Shown here: positions 1 to 8,535 of the stretch, piece by piece
Layout: the number at the start of each line of letters is the position of its first letter
How positions within the stretch are numbered: the stretch's first letter is position 1
NCBI GenBank assembly: GCA_025450395.1
Contig: JANWHK010000076.1
Span: 1 to 35,460 of the forward strand
DNA: 35,460 nucleotides
Direction of reading: 5' to 3'
Source of the DNA: Bacteroidia bacterium
GTDB taxonomy: Bacteria; Bacteroidota; Bacteroidia; NS11-12g; UBA955
Translations under genes and position numbers: made by a program
Notes under the pieces: model-generated
Told to the model about the DNA's origin: nothing
What the model saw: the letters and a program-made list of their open reading frames with translations, nothing else
Database searches by the model: none

Positions 1-6
1 ATAAAC

Positions 7-37
7 AAAAAAAGGGCAACTTTTCAGTCGCCCTTTT
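7..37 (-). terminator. Intrinsic terminator of rpsA
   Basis: Minus strand AAAAGGGCGAC-TGAAAA-GTTGCCCTTTTTTT: GC-rich stem (one G-U pair) plus U-tract, about 20 nt after the rpsA stop. Confidence 0.85.
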
Positions 38-55
38 CCTAATGAATATTATATA

Positions 56-2263
56 TTAAGCTTTTAAAGCTTTAGCCTCTTCTATCCAGGTATGCCATTG
101 TTCAAGACTGGTCATGCTGTCTTTCTCTTCAAGCTCAGCAATCTTTTCGTCTGTCAGGGAGATCAAATCATCAAAGGTAATGACACCCAATGCATGTAAT
201 CTCTTTTCAAAAGCAGGTCCTATACCGCCTATCTTTTTCAGGTCGTCGCCTTTAGGGGTTTTTGTTTTGGCAGGAGCTTTCTCGGCAGGTGCTTCTGTTA
301 CTTCAGATACTTCAGCTTCATTTGAAACTTCCGCTACGTTTGAAACTTCCGCTACTTCCTCTTTTACTTTTTTCTCTGCTTTAGGTTTCTCCTCCTTGGC
401 TTCCTTAGTACCGGCACTGTCAAACATGGCTTTCAGGTCGCTGAACGCATCCAGTTCACCAAGTGTTGATTTGTCGTTGGTCTTATTAAGGTTCTTAGGG
501 GTTTTTGAAGTTTTGTCCCTGCTGCTGCTTTCCTCGGCGTGCTTGGCCTTCTCTTCAGCTTTCCAGGTGTTTGTATGTGATAAAACAATACTCTTGTTTT
601 CCTTGTTGAACTCTATCACTTCAAAAGTCAATACCTCAGAATCCTTCACTTTACCGCCATTCTCTTTTACAAGGTGACGTTTAGGCGCGAATCCTTCAAT
701 ACCGTATTGCAACTGTATGCTTGCACCTTTATCGTTCACTCCTACAACTGTTCCTTCATGTTTGCTGTTCACAAAGAAGATGGTTTCGAAAGTATCCCAT
801 GGATTTTCTTCCAGTTGTTTGTGGCCTAAGGATAACCTGCGGTTTTCTGAATCCACTTCCAATACCACTACATCAATCTTCTCATCTTTCTTAATGAATT
901 CTGATGGGTGCTTGATCTTTTTGGTCCATGACAGGTCAGAAACGTGAACCAATCCGTCAACTCCTTCTTCCAGTTCTATGAATAAACCATAGCTGGTAAG
1001 GTTCTTAACGACTCCGGTATGTTTGCTTCCCACTTTATATTTTTCAACAATTGTAGACCATGGATCCGGTGTTAATTGTTTAATGCCCAGGGACATTTTA
1101 TGCTCATCTTTTTCAAGTGCGGTAATCACTGCTTCCACTTCATCACCTGCCTTCAGGAAATCATGTGGACTTCTCAAATGGCTGCTCCAGCTCATTTCAG
1201 ATACGTGAACAAGACCTTCAACTCCAGGCGTGATTTCAACGAATGCACCGTAATCGGTCACGGTTACAACCCTGCCTTTTACTTTAGCACCCACTACGAA
1301 AGTTTCGCCCAAAGCATCCCAGGGATGTTCAGACAATTGTTTCATGCCGAGTGATATACGTTTCTTGTCTTCGTCAAATTCCAGAACTACCACAGTAATC
1401 TTCTGTTCAAGCTGAAGTAATTCTTCAGGGTGATTGATCCTGCCCCATGACATATCTGTAATGTGCAGCAATCCATCAATACCACCCAGGTCGACAAATG
1501 CACCGAATGGCGCAATGTTCTTGACGATACCTTCAAGTACCTGTCCTTTTTCCAGTTTGGAAAGTATATCTGATTTCTGTGCTTCTATATCATCCTCGAT
1601 CAGTGCCTTGTGCGAAATCACTACGTTCTTGAATACTTCGTTCACTTTTACAATCTTGAACTCCATATCCTTGCCAACGTACTGGTCGTAATCCTTGATA
1701 GGTTTCACATCGATCTGTGAACCCGGCAGGAACGCATCAATACCCATCACATCCACCACTAAACCACCTTTGGTCCTTGTTTTAACCAAGCCGGTCAAAA
1801 TTGTACCTTCTTCCATCGCTTTCAGGATAAAATCCCATGCTTTTTCCTGTACAGCGCGCTTGCGGGAAATGATCAGTTGTCCATCCTGGTCTTCAACATT
1901 TTCAAGATAAACCTCCACTTTGTCACCTACCTTTAAATCCGGCAGATCCTTGAATTCATTCCTGGAAATGATGCCATCAGATTTGAAACCTACATTTACC
2001 ACTACTTCTCTTTCACTAATTGACACGACATGTCCCGTGATCAATTCATTTTGTGTAAGGCTTTTCAGCGAATTGGAATAAAGATTCACCAATTCCTGGT
2101 GCTGCGCAGAATTGTAATTGCCAAATCCTGCATTGTCCATGCTCCAGTCAAATTCTTCCGCAGCCGGAGCATTTTCCTTAGGTTGGGTGCGGGTTTTTGG
2201 GGTTTCTGTGGCGGTATCAACTCCTGTTGTTACGTTGCCTTCTTGTAATTGTTCTTCTGTCAA
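56..2263 (-). CDS. rpsA: 30S ribosomal protein bS1 with C-terminal linker and helix-hairpin-helix domain
   Basis: Six S1/OB repeats (FGAFVDLGGIDGLLHITDMSW, YGAFVEITPGVEGLVHVSEMSW, YGLFIELEEGVDGLVHVSDLSW); N-terminal FDW motif; TTG start preceded by AAAGGAGG. Confidence 0.98.
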   Translation of the reverse strand: MTEEQLQEGNVTTGVDTATETPKTRTQPKENAPAAEEFDWSMDNAGFGNYNSAQHQELVNLYSNSLKSLTQNELITGHVVSISEREVVVNVGFKSDGIISRNEFKDLPDLKVGDKVEVYLENVEDQDGQLIISRKRAVQEKAWDFILKAMEEGTILTGLVKTRTKGGLVVDVMGIDAFLPGSQIDVKPIKDYDQYVGKDMEFKIVKVNEVFKNVVISHKALIEDDIEAQKSDILSKLEKGQVLEGIVKNIAPFGAFVDLGGIDGLLHITDMSWGRINHPEELLQLEQKITVVVLEFDEDKKRISLGMKQLSEHPWDALGETFVVGAKVKGRVVTVTDYGAFVEITPGVEGLVHVSEMSWSSHLRSPHDFLKAGDEVEAVITALEKDEHKMSLGIKQLTPDPWSTIVEKYKVGSKHTGVVKNLTSYGLFIELEEGVDGLVHVSDLSWTKKIKHPSEFIKKDEKIDVVVLEVDSENRRLSLGHKQLEENPWDTFETIFFVNSKHEGTVVGVNDKGASIQLQYGIEGFAPKRHLVKENGGKVKDSEVLTFEVIEFNKENKSIVLSHTNTWKAEEKAKHAEESSSRDKTSKTPKNLNKTNDKSTLGELDAFSDLKAMFDSAGTKEAKEEKPKAEKKVKEEVAEVSNVAEVSNEAEVSEVTEAPAEKAPAKTKTPKGDDLKKIGGIGPAFEKRLHALGVITFDDLISLTDEKIAELEEKDSMTSLEQWHTWIEEAKALKA
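302..355. repeat. In-frame 18-bp tandem repeat in the rpsA linker (VAEVSN VAEVSN EAEVSE)
   Basis: TTTGAAACTTCCGCTAC at 321-337 and 339-355, with a degenerate third copy at 302-320. Confidence 0.85.
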
Positions 2264-2272
2264 ATTTTATTT

Positions 2273-2298
2273 CCTCCTTTGTTGGGGGCGCAAATTTA
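2273..2298 (-). promoter_or_regulatory. rpsA -7 promoter box (TAAATTTG, 2291-2298) and Shine-Dalgarno (AAAGGAGG, 2273-2280)
   Basis: Minus strand TAAATTTG-cgcccccaac-AAAGGAGG-aaataaaat-TTG; matches the Bacteroidota TAnnTTTG consensus; SD spacer is 9 nt. Confidence 0.8.
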
Positions 2299-2340
2299 CG
2301 ACAGAACATTTAATTTTCCTACTATTTTATCAAGAGGTAT

Positions 2341-2673
2341 TTAAAATTTTTTAACAATAAAAAAAACGCTTAAAAAAAGGAAAATAAAGCCAACGATATG
2401 ATTCCATTTAAGAGGCTCCTTCAGTATAAATACCGCAAATACGATGAATATAATGATAGTAATGACTTCCTGTATCATCTTGAGTTGGTAAGCACTCATG
2501 CCCTCTAACTTGCCTATTCTGTTTGCAGGAACCATAAAAGCGTATTCGATAAATGCGATTAACCAACTGATAATGATGACTTTCCATAATGGTACATTTT
2601 CGAACTTTAAATGGCCATACCATGCGATGGTCATGAATACATTGGAGATGATAAGCAGAATAACTGTTTTCAT
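2341..2673 (-). CDS. DMT-superfamily small membrane protein (DUF486-like)
   Basis: LLIISNVFMTIAWYGHLK, SWLIAFIEYAFMVPANRIG and QLKMIQEVIT signatures; about 4 TM segments; start moved to ATG 2673 to avoid overlap with the upstream gene. Confidence 0.85.
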   Translation of the reverse strand: MKTVILLIISNVFMTIAWYGHLKFENVPLWKVIIISWLIAFIEYAFMVPANRIGKLEGMSAYQLKMIQEVITIIIFIVFAVFILKEPLKWNHIVGFIFLFLSVFFIVKKF

Positions 2674-2677
2674 GACT

Positions 2678-3169
2678 TTATTTTTGTAATTCCAGGGATT
2701 TTTTGTCGGCAAAACCCGCATTGATATCGCTTTTTATCCTTGCTATCTCCAGCCTGGTCCTTATATCAGGTGTCTCCGGATTTGAAATTTCCTGTTCGTG
2801 CAGCTCCATTTTATAAAATAAGTTTTTGAAAAATTCTGTATAGCGCTCGTCGGTCGAGTCCCTGTAACTGTTGAAGGTCTTTTGGAAATTGGTGTAAGCG
2901 CTTAATAACCTGTCATTTCCCAAAGCGCTGAAGTCATACAGTTTTTTTGTCTTGACATCTTTTAATACCATCTTGAATATCTTCAATTGCGTTTCTTCAT
3001 CCAGGGGGCTGTTGATCACGGGGAAATCTTCGTATGCCGGAATGGTATCATCCTTGAATGTATCCACAAAGGTGTTTGCAGCGGTTTTTGAAACCTCCGC
3101 CGGCGATGAAGCATTGTTACAGGCGGTCAACAGGAAGGTTATACAGTTTAGCAGGTATAGGATTCGCAT
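2678..3169 (-). CDS. Hypothetical lipoprotein
   Basis: Signal peptide with lipobox LLTAC; TATTTTTG -7 box 8 nt upstream (3178-3185). Confidence 0.7.
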   Translation of the reverse strand: MRILYLLNCITFLLTACNNASSPAEVSKTAANTFVDTFKDDTIPAYEDFPVINSPLDEETQLKIFKMVLKDVKTKKLYDFSALGNDRLLSAYTNFQKTFNSYRDSTDERYTEFFKNLFYKMELHEQEISNPETPDIRTRLEIARIKSDINAGFADKKSLELQK

Positions 3170-3196
3170 GAAAGGGGCAAAAATATAAAATGTTGC

Positions 3197-4786
3197 TTAT
3201 TCTTTTATAAAATTTGCCTTCACCAGCCGCCCGGCATCCACAACGACTACCTGGTAAAGCCCGGCAGGAAGATCAGAAACGTCCAGTTCCTGCCTTCCAG
3301 ATACGGCGATAAACGAGTACACAATGCGGCCGTCCGAAGCGTATATATCAACCCGGGCCTTGTCCTCTGAAGGAGCGAGGCTGAAATGAATGATCCCTGT
3401 GCCTGGATTGGGGTATACCTGCAGGCTTTGCTCAGCCATCAAGGGCTGTAATCCCACCGCCTGCCGGTTCTGGCACAGGATGTTCCGGGTCAGTATAATG
3501 CCCCTGTCATAATATGATTGTATCGAGTCAGTATACCTTTTCAGTGTCGGCACGCTCCGGGCAGCTGGCCCGTTCACGCCCCTGTCAAATGCGGTGACGA
3601 AGGCAACGTCGAGGCATACCGATTCATTGGGGAGCAGTGTATAGGGACCTGCAGATCCAACGCCGCGTATGTCATCCGGGGACTTGCCTGCATTGAGGGC
3701 ATTGTATTGGCCTTGTTCTCCAACATTTCCATAAAATGAGTAATTGGTCGGGACATTGGCATTATCCAGGACCTTTGAGCCGTTCAGGTTCAATCCCGAC
3801 ATTATCCTGTAAAATTCAAGTGCGGTAGAGGGATTGCCATGAACCGGATCCAGGCTATTGTCATATGAGTGAAAACTGTTCATTTCCTGGTTCAGGAAAA
3901 CCAGTCCCTGTGCCGGCGGATTAAAGCCATACCCGCCTACAGATTCATCCTGGCTGTCGCCATTATATCCAAAAAACAGGTTGCGGGTGGTATCACAGCC
4001 TGCATAATCATCTGCATAATTCCCGATGTCAAAATCCACCCATAGCGCAATGAAGAATTTTTTATAGGTGTGCTTGGAGCGGTTTGTGATCGCATAGTTT
4101 ACGAAAAGGGTATTGTTGAGGGCGGTATCAGTTGAGCCAAAACCGTAAAACATGACTTCCACATCCACTTCAAGGGGCAGGCCCAGGGTTTCCTCATGTG
4201 GGCCCTTATCGTTAAATACCATGTATAGCGCCTTCTGTCCGTTGATCAGCGGATAATCCCCGTTATACGGATCATAGTTGCCATCCTTGTTCTTGTCATA
4301 GAAAGGCGCCAGGGGTCTTGACGGAAGAAAGATGTTATTAACGGGCCAGGCTTTTATATTGTTCGAAACATTGGTGAAGCCGGACTGCTTTTGCTGCAAT
4401 ACCTCATCGTAGCCCAAGGGAAATATTGCGTCATAATACTGGGTGGAACCGGTGGAATCAATGTTGACAGGACCCGGATAATAATCAATTCCACGTTGCC
4501 TGTAGGTCATGGCAGCCATGTGCAGTTCATTGTTTTCATCATATGCCCCTATCCATATCGCTGCGGCGCCCATCGTGCCGCGACTGGGTGATAAATCAAT
4601 GACCCTCGGGATCTCAAATCCCGATGTGTTTGAATAGGTGGAGAACATGTCCCCTCCATTCCATATGCGTGCCATATAGCCGGGCAGTGTAAGATCCGAG
4701 AATTGGCTTGGCTTGTACAACTGGGCATATGACTGCCCGCATGCCAGTATGAGGCTGATGAGGGCCAGGTATTTCTGAGTGTACAT
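3197..4786 (-). CDS. Secreted protein with T9SS type-A C-terminal sorting domain
   Basis: Signal peptide ending SYA-Q; C-terminal LQVYPNP...LDVSDLPAGLYQV...KANFIKE; DKNKDG Ca-binding-like loop; start moved to ATG 4786, downstream of TACCTTTG (4802-4809). Confidence 0.88.
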   Translation of the reverse strand: MYTQKYLALISLILACGQSYAQLYKPSQFSDLTLPGYMARIWNGGDMFSTYSNTSGFEIPRVIDLSPSRGTMGAAAIWIGAYDENNELHMAAMTYRQRGIDYYPGPVNIDSTGSTQYYDAIFPLGYDEVLQQKQSGFTNVSNNIKAWPVNNIFLPSRPLAPFYDKNKDGNYDPYNGDYPLINGQKALYMVFNDKGPHEETLGLPLEVDVEVMFYGFGSTDTALNNTLFVNYAITNRSKHTYKKFFIALWVDFDIGNYADDYAGCDTTRNLFFGYNGDSQDESVGGYGFNPPAQGLVFLNQEMNSFHSYDNSLDPVHGNPSTALEFYRIMSGLNLNGSKVLDNANVPTNYSFYGNVGEQGQYNALNAGKSPDDIRGVGSAGPYTLLPNESVCLDVAFVTAFDRGVNGPAARSVPTLKRYTDSIQSYYDRGIILTRNILCQNRQAVGLQPLMAEQSLQVYPNPGTGIIHFSLAPSEDKARVDIYASDGRIVYSFIAVSGRQELDVSDLPAGLYQVVVVDAGRLVKANFIKE

Positions 4787-4823
4787 AATTAGTTTTTTTG
4801 ACAAAGGTAAAATAATTAAGCAC

Positions 4824-4857
4824 AAAAAAAAGTTGAGTTTATTAAAACTCAACTTTT
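4824..4857 (-). terminator. Intrinsic terminator of the 4892-5290 lipoprotein gene
   Basis: Perfect 13-bp inverted repeat AAAAGTTGAGTTT-N4-AAACTCAACTTTT running into an 8-U tract on the minus strand. Confidence 0.85.
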
Positions 4858-4891
4858 CAAAGTATTTCGAAGTTAAATTACTTTTAACGTC

Positions 4892-5290
4892 TTATTTTTT
4901 AGGTTCTACTGCAGGAGCCATAGCTTCTGGAGATACTTTAGTTGAATCGGTTGCCATGGCAGCAGCTTTTGCAGCTTCTTCCTTAGCTTTCATCATGCCA
5001 TTGCTGTACGCAGTACCGGTTTCAGCCCATTTAGCTTTGGTTTCAGCCAATGTAGCTTTAGTAGCTTCGTCCAGGTCAGCTTCAACAATACCGTTAACTA
5101 CATTGTTGTAGTCAGCATCCCAAGTAGCCCAGGTAGCAGAGTCATAAGTAGTAGTCGCAGCAGCAAGACCAGATACTGAATCTACCCAAGTTTTCAAACC
5201 AGCAACTTTAGTAGTGGATTCGTTGGCAGCTTTGTTGCCACAGGCAGCAAAAAACGCTGCGATGAGTGTTACGATGATTAATTTTTTCAT
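4892..5290 (-). CDS. Small Ala/Thr-rich helical lipoprotein
   Basis: MKKLIIVTLIAAFFAAC lipobox; start at 5290 (the longer ORF overlaps recG); strong GCT/ACT codon bias. Confidence 0.85.
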   Translation of the reverse strand: MKKLIIVTLIAAFFAACGNKAANESTTKVAGLKTWVDSVSGLAAATTTYDSATWATWDADYNNVVNGIVEADLDEATKATLAETKAKWAETGTAYSNGMMKAKEEAAKAAAMATDSTKVSPEAMAPAVEPKK

Positions 5291-5316
5291 TCTATTATTT
5301 ATTTTTAAAATTTGCG

Positions 5317-5347
5317 CAAATCTAAATTTTAATTTGAATATTGCAAA
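5317..5347 (-). promoter_or_regulatory. Consensus Bacteroidota housekeeping promoter
   Basis: Minus strand TTTG-N19-TAGATTTG, a full -33/-7 match. Confidence 0.8.
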
Positions 5348-5365
5348 ACATTTTTTTGAACTATT

Positions 5366-7471
5366 GTGAGCCGGGAGTATTTGCACACCAGTATAGAGTA
5401 CCTGAAAGGGGTAGGCCCTCAAAAGGCCGAGATACTAAAATCCGAATTGAATATTTTTATATACAAGGACCTGATACAGCTCTATCCTTTCAAGTACATA
5501 GACAAGTCAAAAATCACCGGTATCAGGGATATTGAAGTCGATAGCCCGAATGTGCAACTCAGGGGCAGACTGACCGATATAAAGGCCATAGGCGCCAAAC
5601 AGGCCAAAAGGTTATCCGCAATTTTAATTGACGAAACCGGTGCTCTTGAACTCATTTGGTTCAAGAATTACCAGTATATTTTCAAGAGCCTTAAGGAAGG
5701 TGGAATCTATACCGTGTATGGAAAGGTCACTGAATTTAATGGAAAATTGAATATTTCGCACCCGGAAATTAAATTATATGAACCTGCGGATGACAGCAAG
5801 GGGCTGGTTTTCGAGCCTGTTTACCCCCTGACGGAAAAGCTGAAATCGCGTTTCATGGATTCCCGGTATATCCTTTCATTGGTAAACCAGGTAATGAAAA
5901 GCCCCCAATTCGATGTGGAGGAGTATATTCCTGAATCAGTGACCAAACCACTCAAGCTCATCAACAGGAAAGCTGCAATATACCATATTCACTTGCCTTC
6001 AAGTGAAAAGGCCCAACAGGCTGCCGTTAGACGAATAAAGTTTGATGAAATGTTTACACTGGCCATGCGTTCCGAAAAAAGCAGGGTTGTGCGGCTGCTG
6101 GAAAAAAAAGGGATATTGATGGGCCAGCCGGGCAAACTCTTTAACCGATTTTTTCACGAACATTTGAAATTTGAGTTGACGGATGCCCAGAAACGCGTTA
6201 TCAGGGAGATAAAAGAAGATGTAAAAAGCGGCAAGCAGATGAACAGGCTGTTGCAGGGAGATGTCGGTAGCGGCAAGACCATTGTTGCCCTGTTCTGCAT
6301 GCTGATGAGTATCGACAATGGTTACCAGGCCTGTATGATGGCCCCGACAGAGATATTGGCCACCCAGCATTACCTGACATTAAAGGACCTCATGGAAGGA
6401 CTTCCGGTCAACCTGGAATTGCTTACAGGCTCGACTTCGAAAAAAAAGAGGGTGGAGATACTGGAGGCGTTAAAGGAAGGCACCATCCATATCCTGATAG
6501 GCACCCATGCCCTGATAGAAGGGGATGTGGAGTTCAGGTCGCTCGGGCTTTCCGTGATAGATGAACAGCATCGGTTCGGCGTGGCTCAGAGGGCCAAGTT
6601 GTGGAACAAGACAGAACACAAGAAACCGCATGTGCTTGTAATGACTGCCACCCCAATACCACGTACCCTTGCCATGACCATACACGGTGAACTGGACGTA
6701 TCGGTGATAGATGAATTGCCAAAGGACAGGAAACCGGTGAAAACCGTTCACAGGGTGGAGCGTTTAAGGGCCGAAGTCATGGAATTTTTGCGTCAGCAGG
6801 TAACGCTTGGACGACAGGTTTATATTGTTTATCCACTCATTGAGGAATCAAAAAAACTGGAATTAAATGACCTGATGAACGGTTATGATACGGTCACTGA
6901 TTTTTTTCCGGTGCCAAAATACCAGATCAGCCTTCTGCATGGCAGATTAAAACCGGATATCAAGGATTTCGAGATGAAGAGGTTCAAGAATGGCATTACC
7001 AATATCATGATCTCAACCACCGTCATAGAAGTAGGGGTCAATGTGCCCAACGCTTCGGTCATGCTGATAGAGAATGCCAACCGATTCGGCTTGTCACAGT
7101 TGCACCAGTTAAGGGGCAGGGTGGGTAGGGGAGCCGAGCAAAGTTATTGCATCCTGATGACCAGGGATGAAATGAATTTTGCATCAAAAAAACGTATCAG
7201 GACCATGTGCAAGACCAATAACGGGTTTGAGATATCACAGGCCGACCTTGAATTGAGGGGCCCCGGCGATGTATTAGGCACACGGCAGAGCGGCTTGCCC
7301 GATTTTAAGTTGCTGGACCTGGTTACTGATGACGAGATCATTGACCTTGCAAAGCGTGCCGCGGCATTCATACTTAAAAATGATCCAAACCTCGCGCTTC
7401 CGGAAAACCAGGCCTTGTTAAATTACCTCAAACAACACCAGGAAGACCATTTCTGGGGAAACGTTTCTTAG
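5366..7471 (+). CDS. recG: ATP-dependent DNA helicase RecG
   Basis: LKGVGP N-terminus, MNRLLQGDVGSGKT, DEQHRFG, MTATPIPRTL, QLHQLRGRVGRG, DLELRGPG; GTG start. Confidence 0.98.
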   Translation: MSREYLHTSIEYLKGVGPQKAEILKSELNIFIYKDLIQLYPFKYIDKSKITGIRDIEVDSPNVQLRGRLTDIKAIGAKQAKRLSAILIDETGALELIWFKNYQYIFKSLKEGGIYTVYGKVTEFNGKLNISHPEIKLYEPADDSKGLVFEPVYPLTEKLKSRFMDSRYILSLVNQVMKSPQFDVEEYIPESVTKPLKLINRKAAIYHIHLPSSEKAQQAAVRRIKFDEMFTLAMRSEKSRVVRLLEKKGILMGQPGKLFNRFFHEHLKFELTDAQKRVIREIKEDVKSGKQMNRLLQGDVGSGKTIVALFCMLMSIDNGYQACMMAPTEILATQHYLTLKDLMEGLPVNLELLTGSTSKKKRVEILEALKEGTIHILIGTHALIEGDVEFRSLGLSVIDEQHRFGVAQRAKLWNKTEHKKPHVLVMTATPIPRTLAMTIHGELDVSVIDELPKDRKPVKTVHRVERLRAEVMEFLRQQVTLGRQVYIVYPLIEESKKLELNDLMNGYDTVTDFFPVPKYQISLLHGRLKPDIKDFEMKRFKNGITNIMISTTVIEVGVNVPNASVMLIENANRFGLSQLHQLRGRVGRGAEQSYCILMTRDEMNFASKKRIRTMCKTNNGFEISQADLELRGPGDVLGTRQSGLPDFKLLDLVTDDEIIDLAKRAAAFILKNDPNLALPENQALLNYLKQHQEDHFWGNVS

Positions 7472-7474
7472 AAC

Positions 7475-7502
7475 ATTCATAATTTATAATTCATAATTTA
7501 AA
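7475..7502. repeat. Heptamer tandem array after the recG stop
   Basis: ATTCATA ATTTATA ATTCATA ATTTAAA. Confidence 0.6.
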
Positions 7503-7512
7503 AACTTCCCCT

Positions 7513-7520
7513 TATCTTTG
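7513..7520 (+). promoter_or_regulatory. -7 box for nusB
   Basis: TATCTTTG 25 nt upstream of the ATG. Confidence 0.65.
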
Positions 7521-7545
7521 CGGCCCAATTTACGTTCATTAGTAT

Positions 7546-8490
7546 ATGTTATCTCGCAGGAATATCCGGATCAAAGTTCTTCAACAGTTATACGCCTTTC
7601 AACAACAAGACGCACCTTCTGTCCCTGCATTTCTCAAGATCCTGGATAAACAATTCAATGACCTCTACAAGTTTTATTATTTTTCTTTGCAGTTCCTCGT
7701 GGATTTTAACACCTTCCTGGAAAGTGAAAGAGAGATAGAAGTTGAAAAATATTTCCCGAACAAGACCCATATCCGCAACACGGAAGTACTAAACCGCATC
7801 GATTTTTTCAAATCCCTGTCGACAGACCAGAACTTTGAGGCCTTGTGCGGTAAATTGCCTTATGACTGGCGCAGGCATGGAGACCTTTTTAACCATATCT
7901 TCATCGACATGGTGCAGTATGATTTTTTTACTGATTTCATGGTTTTTGATGAACCAAACAATGACATGCAGCGCGATTTCCTGATCAACCTGTATGAATT
8001 CCTCTTCAATGAATTTGAATTGTTCGATCATGCCATGGAAACTGAATACCTGTATTGGGAGGATGATAGTGCAGATGTGTTAAAAGCTGTTGTACATGCC
8101 ATTCAGACGTTTTATGATAAACAGAAACTGAAGATTGAGAGCATAGGCGAGAAACAACGTGAGGACATGGTGTTTGGAACACAATTGTTCGAAAACTGCA
8201 TGGTCAACAAGGAATACCTTGATGAGCTGATAATGAAAAATACATCCAACTGGGATTCAGAACGGCTCACGCTTACGGATGTGGTCATGTTGAGAATGGC
8301 CTTGTCGGAGTTCCTTTATTTTGAAACCATTCCACCGAAGGTGAGCATCAACGAATACCTCGATATTGCCAAGTCATACAGCACGCCTAAAAGTCACCTG
8401 TTCCTGAACGGAGTGCTTGACAAGATAAGGATTACACTGCTGGAAACAGGGGAAATAAATAAATCAGGCAGGGGATTGAAAAATGAATAA
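7546..8490 (+). CDS. nusB: Transcription antitermination factor NusB (long Bacteroidota form)
   Basis: MLSRRNIRIKVLQQLYA; C-terminal NWDSERL...PPKVSINEYLDIAKSYSTPKSHLFLNGVLDKI. Confidence 0.95.
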   Translation: MLSRRNIRIKVLQQLYAFQQQDAPSVPAFLKILDKQFNDLYKFYYFSLQFLVDFNTFLESEREIEVEKYFPNKTHIRNTEVLNRIDFFKSLSTDQNFEALCGKLPYDWRRHGDLFNHIFIDMVQYDFFTDFMVFDEPNNDMQRDFLINLYEFLFNEFELFDHAMETEYLYWEDDSADVLKAVVHAIQTFYDKQKLKIESIGEKQREDMVFGTQLFENCMVNKEYLDELIMKNTSNWDSERLTLTDVVMLRMALSEFLYFETIPPKVSINEYLDIAKSYSTPKSHLFLNGVLDKIRITLLETGEINKSGRGLKNE

Positions 8491-8505
8491 TAGGTTTTAT
8501 TTTTG
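8476..8505 (+). promoter_or_regulatory. Internal promoter for DUF1573-yajC-coaE
   Basis: TTG-N19-TATTTTTG. Confidence 0.6.
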
Positions 8506-8535
8506 CATCCTAAATTCGAATCACGATTTAAAACA

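Noticed and set aside
114-2354. Multiple plus-strand ORFs opposite rpsA
   Set aside because: Antisense shadows caused by the codon bias of a highly expressed gene.
5291-5422. Longer N-terminal extensions given by the ORF track (also 12904-13122, 4787-4852, 2674-2721)
   Set aside because: They overlap neighbouring genes, promoters or terminators; the downstream ATGs give proper signal peptides or family N-termini.
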